The position numbers and the translations under genes are program-made. Source: Candidatus Magasanikbacteria bacterium RIFOXYC2_FULL_42_28 (GTDB lineage Bacteria; Patescibacteriota; Patescibacteriia; Magasanikbacterales; GWA2-37-8). From it: DNA of 64,000 bases. Position 1 is the stretch's first letter. Each line of letters starts with the position of its first letter. The notes beneath the pieces are model-generated. The model saw nothing but the letters and a program-made list of their open reading frames with translations. It had not been told where the DNA came from and made no database searches. Location of the stretch: the NCBI GenBank assembly GCA_001784435.1, contig MFQZ01000009.1, positions 11,324 through 75,323 of the forward strand, given 5' to 3'. Shown here one piece after another: positions 29,019 through 39,120 of the stretch.

Positions 29019-30302
29019 TTATTTTCCAACCACCTTTTCTTTTAAATATTCCACCACCTTACGATTTTGAACGGTGACAGCGAGCATATCCAGCACCTCC
29101 GGGCGTTTGAGGGCATCTTCCACTTTATCATCGCCTTTATACGCGGTGCGAATGGCCTCTTTTTCTTTTTCAATTTCGCTTGGCTCCACTTTGATGTTAT
29201 TATCTAATGCCACTTGGCGGGAGACCAGCGCGGCTTTGACGCGAGTGATCGCGCGCTCTTCAAAATCCTTGAAAATTTCGTCTTCGGTTTTTTTCAAGTC
29301 CTTTAAATATTTTTCCATATCAATACCGGCGCGTTCTAAGTCGGCTTTTAATTCGTTAAACATTTTATGTTTTTCCGTGCGCATTAATACTTCGGGCAAT
29401 TCGCCAAACTCGGCCACTTCAATAATTTTATGTAAAATTTCTTCTTCCAGACGTTGGGTTTCTTTTTTCTCGGCTTCGGCGGTTAAATTTCCGTGTAATA
29501 ATTTTTTTAATGTTTCCAAATCGGTTTGGCCCAAGCCCTTGGCGAATTCGTCGTCAAGTGTTGGGTATTCCAAAGTATAAATATCTTTTACTAATACTTC
29601 AAAATCAATATCCTTGCCGGCCAGATGTTTTTGATAATGATCGGCCGGGAATTTCAAAGTAAAATTTTTCTTGTCATCTTTTTTCAAACCGACAATTTGC
29701 TCGGCAAAGCCCGGGATATAGTGGGGCTCGGATAAATATACTTGGTGGTTGGGGGCTTGCCCGCCTTCGACCGGCACTTTGTCAATAAACATATTCATGG
29801 ACACGACCGCTTTGTCGGCGGTAGTGGCGACGCCGTCTTTTAACACCTCTTTACCGCGCATTTTTTTCAAATTATCCAAAACGTCATTCAACTGTTTGTC
29901 TCCCACTTTCACTTCTTTTTTAGCAATTTTAATGGTCGCAAGATCCGGTAATTTTAGCGAGGGGAAAAGCGCGACTATGGCTTTGAAAACAAAATCATTG
30001 CCCGGTGCCATTTTTTCCAAACTGATTTCCGGCATGCCGACCGTGGTTAATTTTTCCGCCACGACCGCGGTGTGGAAATTTTTCTCCACGATGATTTGCA
30101 TCGCCTCTTCCAGAATTTTAATTTCGCCGATTTGTTGTTTGACAATATCATAAGGCGCTTTGCCCGGGCGGAAGCCGTGAATAGCGGCGCGTAAGGATAT
30201 GCGCGTAGCGGCGTCTTCCATATCTTTTTTGTAATCGGCAACCGCGACAGTGATGATGAGTTCGGCTTGGGATTGGGGGAGGAGTTTTAGGGTGTGGGAC
30301 AT
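29019..30302 (-). CDS. tig: Trigger factor
   Basis: GFRPGKAP ribosome-binding loop; YIPGFAEQIVG; FPADY. Confidence 0.95.
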   Translation of the reverse strand: MSHTLKLLPQSQAELIITVAVADYKKDMEDAATRISLRAAIHGFRPGKAPYDIVKQQIGEIKILEEAMQIIVEKNFHTAVVAEKLTTVGMPEISLEKMAPGNDFVFKAIVALFPSLKLPDLATIKIAKKEVKVGDKQLNDVLDNLKKMRGKEVLKDGVATTADKAVVSMNMFIDKVPVEGGQAPNHQVYLSEPHYIPGFAEQIVGLKKDDKKNFTLKFPADHYQKHLAGKDIDFEVLVKDIYTLEYPTLDDEFAKGLGQTDLETLKKLLHGNLTAEAEKKETQRLEEEILHKIIEVAEFGELPEVLMRTEKHKMFNELKADLERAGIDMEKYLKDLKKTEDEIFKDFEERAITRVKAALVSRQVALDNNIKVEPSEIEKEKEAIRTAYKGDDKVEDALKRPEVLDMLAVTVQNRKVVEYLKEKVVGK

Positions 30303-30459
30303 AGTGTTAATTTAAAATGTAAATATCAAAATGGAAAATGACAAGTTAAAATTAAAAATAAGTGATTGAAGTTTAACCGATTTTTTGGAAAAAGTCAAGT
30401 TTAACAGGTCTTTTCTTTTTAAAATCTTTATGATAGGGTAATTGGTGAAAGGAGGGCGG

Positions 30460-30621
30460 ATGAAATATTTCGCCCAATGGTATGATCCCGTTTTGGCCGC
30501 TTCTGTTGTAGGTGGCGTCGTGTTCGGCGTTGCCGGCAGTGTTGTGGTCGCAACTGCGGTCGGCTTGGTGGCAGGGGCCGGATTTCTCGGCCTGCTCATC
30601 AAGCACGATTCCAACCGTTAG
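30460..30621 (+). CDS. 53-aa Gly/Val-rich hydrophobic peptide
   Basis: AAAGGAGG SD; MKYFAQWYDPVLAASVVGGVVFGVAGSVVVATAVGLVAGAGFLGLLIKHDSNR; not in the ORF track. Confidence 0.65.
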   Translation: MKYFAQWYDPVLAASVVGGVVFGVAGSVVVATAVGLVAGAGFLGLLIKHDSNR

Positions 30622-30629
30622 GAGGTTTT

Positions 30630-30773
30630 GTGTTAACCGATTTTATGGTACCGTCTGATGACATGCTGATCCCGTGCGCGACGATCATCGGTGTACTCAT
30701 CGGCGTACTCATCGCGTGGTTCGTCGTGGCGGGAGATGTTCGCCCTGTCTCTCGTCGTCCGCAGTCCAAGTGA
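30630..30773 (+). CDS. 47-aa single-TM peptide
   Basis: AGGAGG overlapping the upstream stop, GTG start; ...CATIIGVLIGVLIAWFVVAG..RRPQSK. Confidence 0.6.
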   Translation: MLTDFMVPSDDMLIPCATIIGVLIGVLIAWFVVAGDVRPVSRRPQSK

Positions 30774-30829
30774 CAGCCAACCTTTCACGGGGCGAAGATT
30801 TGAGGACCTTCGCCCCTAGTCCTAAATTT

Positions 30830-30863
30830 AAAATCATCCCGACTAAGTTGGGATGATTTTTTT
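30830..30863. terminator. Bidirectional terminator
   Basis: aaaatcatcccgactaagttgggatgattttttt. Confidence 0.75.
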
Positions 30864-30865
30864 GT

Positions 30866-32080
30866 TTAAAGTAATGGGATAAAAAGTTCGTTGGTTTTTT
30901 CGTTGTTGTCAACCCCGTTAAAATATAAACAATAAGTCGCGGAATTCGGGTAGTCCAGCTTAAAAGCAGTGGGCAGGCGGCACTTGCTTTGGTTGGATTT
31001 TATTTCCAAGGCGATATTTTGACCATTGCCGATGTCTAAAATAAAATCCACTTCATTCTGATTTTTATCTCGCCAATATTGAGGTGAATATTTGTTTTTG
31101 ACAAATTGCATGTAGGTGGCGTTTTCCAAGAGTGGGCCGTTATCGGCGCGTTTATCAAAAATTTGAAAATTATTAATAATGTGATTGCGCAAGCCGGTAT
31201 CAAAAAAATAAACTTTTTGATTTTTTACTATTTCTTTTCTTTTGTTATTATAAAATGGGCGGATTAAACTGATGATGTAGGTCTTGCTAAGAAAGTTTAG
31301 GTATTTTTTTAAGGTATGATAGGCGAATTCGGATATTTCCGTCAGTTCTTTATATTCAATTAAATTACCAGTTTGCAGAGCTAGTGCTTTGATTAATTTC
31401 CCTAATTTATAATCATCCACTAACCCCAAAATATCCTTTACATCTCTTAAAAAATAAGTGTTATAAATATTTTTTAGCACTTCCTTTTTTTCGGCCTCTG
31501 TTTTTGATAATATTACCGCCGGGTATCCACCCCAAATCGCGTATTCTTCAAAATATTTTTTTAAAATTATATTTTGCTCGGCAGTCAAAGAATAATTTTT
31601 AGTGTTTTCCCAATCAATTTTATTTTTAGTATAGATACTGCAATATTTAGGGTCGCGACATTGCAAATACTCTTCAAAATTGAATGGCAACATTTCTAAA
31701 ACAAACACTCGGCCGACCAGAAATTTGGCCGCCTTGATAGTAAGATCAAGTGCTGACGAGCCGGAAATAATTATTTTGGTAGGATGTTCGTCGTAGATAT
31801 ATTTTAAAAGCTTTCCGCCGTTTTTAGCATACTGGAATTCATCAATAAAGACATAATCGTTGCCAGCGATGTGGGTACTAATAAATTCTTTGATATTTTT
31901 CTCAAATAAATTAAGCGTGTCTTGATCTTCAAATGTTAAAAATACCGCTTTTTTTAAATCGTTATAAATTTTTTTAATAGTGGTAGTTTTACCGCATTGG
32001 CGGGGGCCAATAAGCGCGATTATTTCCGGTCTTTTTAAATACCCAATAATCTCGGCTTCTATTTTTCGCTTAATATACAT
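30866..32080 (-). CDS. AAA_14/DUF4143-type ATPase with C-terminal PD-(D/E)xK-like motif
   Basis: GPRQCGKTT, FIDEFQ, SGSS, WGGYP, YFFDTG, EVDFI..LEIK. Confidence 0.87.
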   Translation of the reverse strand: MYIKRKIEAEIIGYLKRPEIIALIGPRQCGKTTTIKKIYNDLKKAVFLTFEDQDTLNLFEKNIKEFISTHIAGNDYVFIDEFQYAKNGGKLLKYIYDEHPTKIIISGSSALDLTIKAAKFLVGRVFVLEMLPFNFEEYLQCRDPKYCSIYTKNKIDWENTKNYSLTAEQNIILKKYFEEYAIWGGYPAVILSKTEAEKKEVLKNIYNTYFLRDVKDILGLVDDYKLGKLIKALALQTGNLIEYKELTEISEFAYHTLKKYLNFLSKTYIISLIRPFYNNKRKEIVKNQKVYFFDTGLRNHIINNFQIFDKRADNGPLLENATYMQFVKNKYSPQYWRDKNQNEVDFILDIGNGQNIALEIKSNQSKCRLPTAFKLDYPNSATYCLYFNGVDNNEKTNELFIPLL

Positions 32081-32223
32081 AAAATTAAGGTTACTACTCT
32101 AAAATTGACTTGTATGTTAATTATAGAGTATGCGGTGATTATTGTCAATAGTTGGTGTTTTGGTTTGACAGAGAGAGAGATGTTTGATAGATTTTAGGGG
32201 CGAGATGGAGAAAGGGAGGGTAT

Positions 32224-32418
32224 ATGGAGCAGCACTTTGTTTTGTCAGAAATGGAGGATGTAGATGTTTTTAGGTTTTCTCCGAATTTTTATGGCCAAAG
32301 GCCAAAGGAGGTGTTGTTCGGGTATGCAAGGTTTAACGCCTTGCATCATTTGCTCGACGATTGGCGTGCTCGTCTTCAAGGTGGCAGTTCCGCCACCTCG
32401 GATACGGACGCGACCTAA
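32224..32418 (+). CDS. 64-aa orphan protein
   Basis: AGGGAGGG SD; promoter TTGACA-17-TAGATT at 32165-32193. Confidence 0.55.
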   Translation: MEQHFVLSEMEDVDVFRFSPNFYGQRPKEVLFGYARFNALHHLLDDWRARLQGGSSATSDTDAT

Positions 32419-32499
32419 CAGGGGGTTTCCATCTCGCACCCCCAATTATTTAAAATCACCCGCCGAATTGGCGAGTGATTTTTTTGTTTGAATTTATTT

Positions 32500-34485
32500 T
32501 TATTTCATGAGCAATCCCACAATTAAAAGCGCCATAATATTCGCCACTTTAATCATCGGGTTAATCGCCGGACCAGCCGTGTCCTTGTAGGGGTCGCCAA
32601 CCGTGTCGCCGGTTACCGCGGCTTGATGAGCAAACGATCCTTTGCCTCCATAATTTCCTTTTTCAATATATTTTTTCGCGTTGTCCCAAGCGCCACCACC
32701 AGTTGTCATTGAGATTGCGACAAATAATCCGGTGACGATTGTACCAATAAGTAATCCACCCAACGCGGCAATTCCTAAAGTGTAGCCGACGATAATCGGA
32801 GCCAACACCGGAATCGCTGCCGGTAAAATCATTTGACCGATTGCGCCTTTGGTCACGATATCCACGGCCTTGCCATAATCTGGCTTGGCAGTACGTTCCA
32901 TGATACCGGGAATTTCTTTGAATTGGCGACGAACTTCTTCGACAACTTTACCCGCGACTTTTCCGACTGATTCCATTAACAATGCGCCGAAGAAGTATGG
33001 GAGTAACCCACCAATAAATAATCCAGCTAAAACTTTTGGATCATTAATTAAAAATTGGAATGTGTCTGGTAATTTATGAGTGAAGTCAGCGAATAAAACT
33101 AACGAAGCCAACGCGGCCGAACCGATTGCATAGCCTTTTGTCACCGCTTTTGTGGTGTTGCCAACCGCGTCCAATGGATCAGTGATGTCGCGTACAGATT
33201 GTGGCAATTCCGCCATCTCGGCAATACCGCCGGCGTTGTCAGTGATTGGGCCGTAAGCGTCAATTGTTACTACTATACCAGTCAAAGACAACATACCCAT
33301 CGCAGCGACAGCCACGCCATAAATTCCAGCGAAGTGATAAGCGCCAAGCATACCAGCAACGATACATAATACTGGCAAAGCAGTTGATTTCATTGAGACC
33401 GCTAAACCGGCAATTACGTTTGTGCCATGTCCGGTTTCAGAGGCTTTGGCAATTTGTTTTACCGGGCCATATTTAGTCGCGGTATAATATTCAGTAATCC
33501 AAACCATCGCGGCTGTCAAAACTAAACCGATTACCGCGCAGAAGAAAATATTGTTTGCGGTGTAACCAACAAGGTCGCCCATTAACCATTTGGTGGCTGG
33601 ATAAAATCCGATCAAAGCCAAAACGCCAGAAGCGCCTAAACCTTTGTACAAAGCGTTCATCACGTTTAAATCTTTGCCCAAGCGAATGGCAAAAGTTCCA
33701 ACGATGGAAGCGATAATAGAAATACCGCCGAGCACGAGTGGGTAGACAACGGCTTTTTCATTCCCAACAAATAAAATTCCACCCAAGATCATAGCAGCGA
33801 CAGCTGTGACAGCATAAGTTTCAAATAAATCCGCGGCCATACCGGCGCAGTCGCCAACATTATCACCGACGTTATCGGCAATTACGGCCGGGTTGCGTGG
33901 GTCATCTTCTGGAATTCCTTTTTCTACTTTACCGACAAGGTCGGCGCCCACATCAGCGGCTTTGGTGAAAATACCACCGCCGATACGAGCGAAGACAGAA
34001 ATTAAACTTCCGCCAAAACCTAAACCAATCAAAGCGGATAAATCTTTGGTTAATAAATAAAATCCGGACACGCCGAGCAAGCCTAAACCCACGACCAGTA
34101 AACCAGTAATTGAACCACCGCGAACCGCGACGTTCATCGCTTCTTTAAAACCGGTTTTAGCAGCTTCGGCCGTGCGGACATTGGCGCGCACCGAGACACT
34201 CATGCCGATGACGCCAGCGACTCCGGACAACACCGCTCCGACTACAAATCCGAAACCGGTCATCCAATCAACGAATAATCCGATTAATAAAAAAACTAAA
34301 AACGCGACATAAGCAATAGTTTTGTACTGGCGTTTTAAATAAGCATTGGCGCCGTCTTGAATGGCGCGAGCGATTGCTTTCATCCGGTCGTCTCCAGCCG
34401 GAAGTTTGTTAATCCAGTAAACTAAAACACCGCCATAGATAATGGCGATAAGCGCGGGCAAAAGCGCGAACAGGACTACGGTCAT
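32500..34485 (-). CDS. hppA: Membrane-bound H+-translocating pyrophosphatase, probably K+-independent
   Basis: [30 protein letters not shown]; GNTTK variant. Confidence 0.93.
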   Translation of the reverse strand: MTVVLFALLPALIAIIYGGVLVYWINKLPAGDDRMKAIARAIQDGANAYLKRQYKTIAYVAFLVFLLIGLFVDWMTGFGFVVGAVLSGVAGVIGMSVSVRANVRTAEAAKTGFKEAMNVAVRGGSITGLLVVGLGLLGVSGFYLLTKDLSALIGLGFGGSLISVFARIGGGIFTKAADVGADLVGKVEKGIPEDDPRNPAVIADNVGDNVGDCAGMAADLFETYAVTAVAAMILGGILFVGNEKAVVYPLVLGGISIIASIVGTFAIRLGKDLNVMNALYKGLGASGVLALIGFYPATKWLMGDLVGYTANNIFFCAVIGLVLTAAMVWITEYYTATKYGPVKQIAKASETGHGTNVIAGLAVSMKSTALPVLCIVAGMLGAYHFAGIYGVAVAAMGMLSLTGIVVTIDAYGPITDNAGGIAEMAELPQSVRDITDPLDAVGNTTKAVTKGYAIGSAALASLVLFADFTHKLPDTFQFLINDPKVLAGLFIGGLLPYFFGALLMESVGKVAGKVVEEVRRQFKEIPGIMERTAKPDYGKAVDIVTKGAIGQMILPAAIPVLAPIIVGYTLGIAALGGLLIGTIVTGLFVAISMTTGGGAWDNAKKYIEKGNYGGKGSFAHQAAVTGDTVGDPYKDTAGPAINPMIKVANIMALLIVGLLMK

Positions 34486-34589
34486 ATTTGGCTAGGTTAA
34501 GATTTAAAACACCTGCTTGGGACAGGTTGAAGGGTTGATTTATACCGTATTTTATGCTAAAATAGGTCAACAGTCAAGTGGCGTAAGTT

Positions 34590-35915
34590 ATGAAAAATAT
34601 AATTTTGTTAAAGACCTTGCGCGCGCTTATATATAGTAAGCGTGTTTTGTGGTGGTTGGGGTCGGGTTTTGGGCGAGTTTTAGGTGTTATTTTTATTCCG
34701 GTGCATCGGGTTTTTGGGTGGGGACATTATAAAATCGGGTATTTTTTTAAAAGAACCGGCCTGACTAGCAGTGGCGCTTGGTGGTTGCGTCGGAGTGTGA
34801 TGCAAATGGCGGTATTTGTGGTGGTGATTGTTTTGGCTATGCCCCAAACCAAATTATACGCTAAACGCGATATCTCCACCGTTGGTCAAGATAGTCTGGC
34901 TTTTCGTTTGACCAGCCCGGAAGAAAAATTTTCTACTGAGGACATTATTGTTGTCAGTGATAATTTTACGCCTGATGTTAATCGGCAAGCCGGGGTAGTT
35001 GAGGCCGAAATGTTTTTACCCGGCAATGTGTTTGATGCTTGGCAAGATCAGGAATTATCCGCGATCGTAGCCGGAGGTACCGCTTTTGGCAAGCCGATTT
35101 TGTTGCCGGGCGGACATAGTTTGGCCAATAGCACGCGTACCGAGCCGGTGGAATATATTATTGAAGCCGGTGATAATTTGGGCAGTATTGCTAATCGGTT
35201 TGGCGTGAGTTTGGCAACAATTTTATGGGAGAATAAATTAACGGAAAGATCAATTTTACGTTTGGGACAAAAAATTATTATCTTGCCGGTAACCGGCGTC
35301 ACTCACAAAGTGGTCAAAGGCGATGTGGTGAGTAAATTAGCCAAGACCTACCGGACCGAAGAAACAAAAATTATTGAATTTAATAAGTTAGAAGAAAATG
35401 GCGGTGGTTTGGTAGCGGGCAATTTTATAATTATTCCCGATGGCGTGAAACCGGCATCAGCGGTTCCGGCTTCCGCTCGTATTACTCCGACGGTTGGTAA
35501 TGTGACGCGACCGCCGGCATCAGCCGCCGCGCCGACTGCTTCCGGTTTTGTTTGGCCGGCCGGTGTTCGTGTCATAACGCAATATTATAATTGGAATCAT
35601 CACGCGATTGATATTGCCGGTGGTAATTTTAAGACGCCAATTTACGCGTCTAAGGCCGGCACGGTAGTAGTTTCGCAATGCGGTTGGAATGGCGGTTATG
35701 GTTGTTATGTTACTTTGGATCACGGCGGTGGTGTTCGGACAATTTATGGGCATAATTCTAAATTATTGGTTAGTGTTGGCGATTATGTTGGTACTGGCGA
35801 AACCATCGCGCTCATGGGCAATACCGGTAATGTGCGCGGTAAGACCGGCATTCATTTGCATTTTGAAGTATTGGTGAATGGGGTGAGGAAGAACCCGTTG
35901 AGTTATGTGAAGTAA
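34590..35915 (+). CDS. LysM plus M23 peptidase
   Basis: Two LysM repeats; HHAIDI, YGHN, HLHFEV. Confidence 0.9.
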   Translation: MKNIILLKTLRALIYSKRVLWWLGSGFGRVLGVIFIPVHRVFGWGHYKIGYFFKRTGLTSSGAWWLRRSVMQMAVFVVVIVLAMPQTKLYAKRDISTVGQDSLAFRLTSPEEKFSTEDIIVVSDNFTPDVNRQAGVVEAEMFLPGNVFDAWQDQELSAIVAGGTAFGKPILLPGGHSLANSTRTEPVEYIIEAGDNLGSIANRFGVSLATILWENKLTERSILRLGQKIIILPVTGVTHKVVKGDVVSKLAKTYRTEETKIIEFNKLEENGGGLVAGNFIIIPDGVKPASAVPASARITPTVGNVTRPPASAAAPTASGFVWPAGVRVITQYYNWNHHAIDIAGGNFKTPIYASKAGTVVVSQCGWNGGYGCYVTLDHGGGVRTIYGHNSKLLVSVGDYVGTGETIALMGNTGNVRGKTGIHLHFEVLVNGVRKNPLSYVK

Positions 35916-36033
35916 AAAAAATATCAAAAATTAAATATCAAATATCAAAATGACAATTTAAAATTAAAAATTTACAGTAATGCGTTTGGGCTTGAAAATT
36001 TAAAGATTATCTGATATTGTGTAATCATAAAAT

Positions 36034-36108
36034 GGTACCGTGGCCAAGTAGTAAGGCGAAGCTCTGCAAAAGCTTTATGCGTGGGTGCAACTCCCACCGG
36101 TACCTCCA
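36034..36108 (+). tRNA. tRNA-Cys(GCA)
   Basis: Acceptor GGTACCG/CGGTACC, anticodon arm AAGCT-CTGCAAA-AGCTT, U73, encoded CCA. Confidence 0.93.
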
Positions 36109-36187
36109 AATCCGTCTTTTGTTTAGGCGGATTTTTTGTTTGCTAAAATAAGATTTTAGAGGTAAAATATAGCCACAAAATATATCT

Positions 36188-38905
36188 ATGAAGAAACTTG
36201 TTATTATAGATGGGAACGCAATAATACATAGGGCCTATCACGCCATTCCGCCCATGAACACCAAAAACGGGATGATGGTCAATGCGGTGTATGGGTTTAC
36301 TTCCATGTTGTTGCGCGTTTGGAAAGATTTAAAGCCGACACATATTGCCGTCACTTTTGATATGCGCGGTCCGACTTTTCGGCATGAAAAATTTAAGGAA
36401 TACAAAGCCACGCGCGTGAAAGCGGATCAGGAATTGTATGATCAGATTCCTTTGGTGCACAATGTTGTTCGTGCTTTTAATATTCCGATTTATGAAAAGG
36501 CCGGTTATGAGGCCGACGATGTGATTGGCACGGTCGCTCGCATGGTAGAAAATAAAAAAGAGGTTGAGACGTATATTGTGACGGGTGATAAAGATACTCT
36601 ACAGTTGATTGAGCCAGGGGTGAAAGTTTTTACCTTGCGTAAAGGGATGAGTGATACGGTAATTTATGATGCCGAGGGTGTAAAAGAAAAATTTGGATTT
36701 TTACCGGATAAAATGGTGGATTACAAAGCGCTGGCCGGTGATGCGTCGGATAATATTCCGGGGGTGCCGGGGGTGGGAGAGAAGACGGCGACAGATTTGA
36801 TTCAGAAGTTTGGGGGGATTGATGAGATTTATGATAATATCAAAAATCAAAAATCAAATATCAAAGATATTAAGGCGGGTGTCTTGAAAAAATTGATTGA
36901 CGGCGAAGAGTCGGCGCGGATGAGTTTTGAACTTGCGACGATTGACCGCAATGTTCCGGGGGTGGATTTTAAGTTGGAAGATTGCGTGGCAAAAGAATTT
37001 GACCGCGAGAAAGTGGTTAAGATTTTTCAGGAGTTGGAGTTTATGTCGTTGTTGAAGCGTTTACCCGGCGAAGCATTAGCGAAGACGGGGTTGCCGGGGG
37101 CGAGTGGGGATGGAGATCCCTCGCTTGACACTCGGGATGACAAACAAAAAAAAGTCCGAGCGAAATTTAAAGTTGATGAAATAAAGACAAAAGATGAAGT
37201 TGAGAAATTAGTTGAGCAGATTCGTAAAACAAAATCATTTGCCTGCCGTGAGGCCACGGCTGGACGTGAAGTTTATAATTCAGAATTGTTTGGTGTGGCG
37301 GTTATTGTTTCTGGCGCCGGATATTTTATTAGTGAAAAATTATTAAAAGAATTTTTGCCGGTATTTGAATTTTCGGATTGTGAATTCGTTGGTCATGATT
37401 TAAAACAGTTAATCAAAATTTTAAAACTGCAGGGCGTGGAAATAAAAAATAAATTGTTTGACACGATGATCGCGTCGTATCTGCTGGAACCGGGCAGTCG
37501 GGCGCATGACAGCGCCAGTATTGTTTTGAAAGTGTTAGGCCAAGAATTACCAGCCGGTGCCGGGCAGAATAGTTTGTTTGGGGCGGATATGCTTGCGGTA
37601 ACACAAGAATTATACCAACTATCTTTGGCGGCCGAAAAATTAAAAAAAGAATTAGTCGCGATTAGCGATTTTGGTTTAATGGAAAAAATAGAGATGCCAC
37701 TTTTGCCGGTCCTCGCGCAAATGGAATTAAACGGTATTGCCGTGGATTTAAAATTACTACAAAAATTATCCGAACAAGTGACGGCGGAAATTAAAACCGT
37801 GAGCGCGACTATTTTTAAATTGAGTGGAACGGAATTTAATATCTCGTCGCCGACACAATTGCGCGAAGTGCTGTTTGAAAAAATGGAAATTCCAGTGGAA
37901 GGAATTAAAAAAGGCAAAACCGGTTTGTCCACTTCTGCCGAACAGTTAGAAAAATTGCGCGGTCAACACCTAATCATTGAACATATTGAAAATTATCGCG
38001 AATTGGAAAAATTGCGCAATACCTATATTGATGTTTTGCCGACTTTGATAAATAAAAAGACCGGTCGGATTCACACCACTTTTAATCAGGCGGTCGCGGC
38101 GACTGGGCGCCTGTCATCGTCTGATCCAAATTTACAAAATATTCCCATTCGCACGGAGTTGGGGCGCAAGATCCGCAAGGCCTTTGTGGCCGAAGATGGC
38201 AATGTGCTTATTTCCGCCGATTATTCGCAAATTGAATTGCGCGTGGTGGCATCACTCGCCGAGGATAAAAAAATGATGGAAATTTTTGAGGCTGGTTTGG
38301 ATATTCACGCGGCGACAGCAGCGGCGATAAATCATGTGGATTTAAAAGATGTTACCAAGGACATGCGTCGCGCGGCCAAGGAAGTAAATTTTGGCGTGTT
38401 GTATGGCATGGGCGCATATGGCTTGGCTTGGCGGGCCGATATTCCCCAGTGGCAAGCCAAAGATTTTATTGATAAATATTTTAGTGAATTTAGTGGTGTG
38501 AAAAAATATTTAGACGCGACTTTGGAATTTACCAAAAAAGAGGGATACTGCGAAACACTGTTTGGTCGGCGCCGGTATATTCCGGAATTAAACGCCAGCA
38601 ACCACCAATTGCGGATGGCCGGCGAACGGATGGCGATTAATCATCCGATTCAGGGGACGGCCGCGGATTTGATTAAGATGGCGATGATAGAAATATCAAA
38701 ATGTAAATATCAAAATGAAAAATTATTGAGCGACGATGTGCGAATGATATTACAAGTGCACGACGAATTGGTGTTTGAAGTAAAAAAAGAATTGGCTGAT
38801 GAAGTCGGTAAAAAGGTAAAAGAAATTATGGAGGGTGTGGCCAAATTGCGCGTGCCGATTGTGGTGGAGGTGAATGTTTCTAAAAGTTGGGGGGAGATGA
38901 AATAA
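36188..38905 (+). CDS. polA: DNA polymerase I
   Basis: IDGNAIIHRAYHA, GDASDNIPGV, TGRLSSSDPNLQNIP, DYSQIELR, QVHDEL. Confidence 0.97.
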   Translation: MKKLVIIDGNAIIHRAYHAIPPMNTKNGMMVNAVYGFTSMLLRVWKDLKPTHIAVTFDMRGPTFRHEKFKEYKATRVKADQELYDQIPLVHNVVRAFNIPIYEKAGYEADDVIGTVARMVENKKEVETYIVTGDKDTLQLIEPGVKVFTLRKGMSDTVIYDAEGVKEKFGFLPDKMVDYKALAGDASDNIPGVPGVGEKTATDLIQKFGGIDEIYDNIKNQKSNIKDIKAGVLKKLIDGEESARMSFELATIDRNVPGVDFKLEDCVAKEFDREKVVKIFQELEFMSLLKRLPGEALAKTGLPGASGDGDPSLDTRDDKQKKVRAKFKVDEIKTKDEVEKLVEQIRKTKSFACREATAGREVYNSELFGVAVIVSGAGYFISEKLLKEFLPVFEFSDCEFVGHDLKQLIKILKLQGVEIKNKLFDTMIASYLLEPGSRAHDSASIVLKVLGQELPAGAGQNSLFGADMLAVTQELYQLSLAAEKLKKELVAISDFGLMEKIEMPLLPVLAQMELNGIAVDLKLLQKLSEQVTAEIKTVSATIFKLSGTEFNISSPTQLREVLFEKMEIPVEGIKKGKTGLSTSAEQLEKLRGQHLIIEHIENYRELEKLRNTYIDVLPTLINKKTGRIHTTFNQAVAATGRLSSSDPNLQNIPIRTELGRKIRKAFVAEDGNVLISADYSQIELRVVASLAEDKKMMEIFEAGLDIHAATAAAINHVDLKDVTKDMRRAAKEVNFGVLYGMGAYGLAWRADIPQWQAKDFIDKYFSEFSGVKKYLDATLEFTKKEGYCETLFGRRRYIPELNASNHQLRMAGERMAINHPIQGTAADLIKMAMIEISKCKYQNEKLLSDDVRMILQVHDELVFEVKKELADEVGKKVKEIMEGVAKLRVPIVVEVNVSKSWGEMK
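37111..37143. repeat. Family A half-element in-frame in the polA linker
   Basis: tggagatccctcgcttgacactcgggatgacaa, encoding GDPSLDTRDDK. Confidence 0.88.
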
Positions 38906-38908
38906 ATT

Positions 38909-39043
38909 ATGATTATCTATCTATCCGGCCCCGACACCTTTCGGAGTCGGCAATATTTAAAAGAACAAGTGGAGAAGCTTAAAATTGCCCACTACTACGA
39001 TGGATACGAGAAAATTTTAGAAGATATTTTGGCTAATATATAA
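38909..39043 (+). pseudogene. Duplicated 5' fragment of holA
   Basis: 38909-38990 is highly similar to 43001-43082 (MIIYLSGPDTFRSRQYLKEQVEKLKIA vs MIIFIHGPDTFRSRQYLKEQVEKFKIA), then diverges. Confidence 0.88.
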
Positions 39044-39057
39044 TAAAAATCGTCCTC

Positions 39058-39106
39058 TTGACAATTAGTATACTCATAAGGTATAATACTCACGAGTATA
39101 CTAATT
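39058..39106 (+). promoter_or_regulatory. Promoter with a 13-bp inverted repeat (putative operator)
   Basis: TTGACA-18-TATAAT, with aattagtatactc / gagtatactaatt bracketing the -10. Confidence 0.7.
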
Positions 39107-39120
39107 AAAGTATCTATCAT

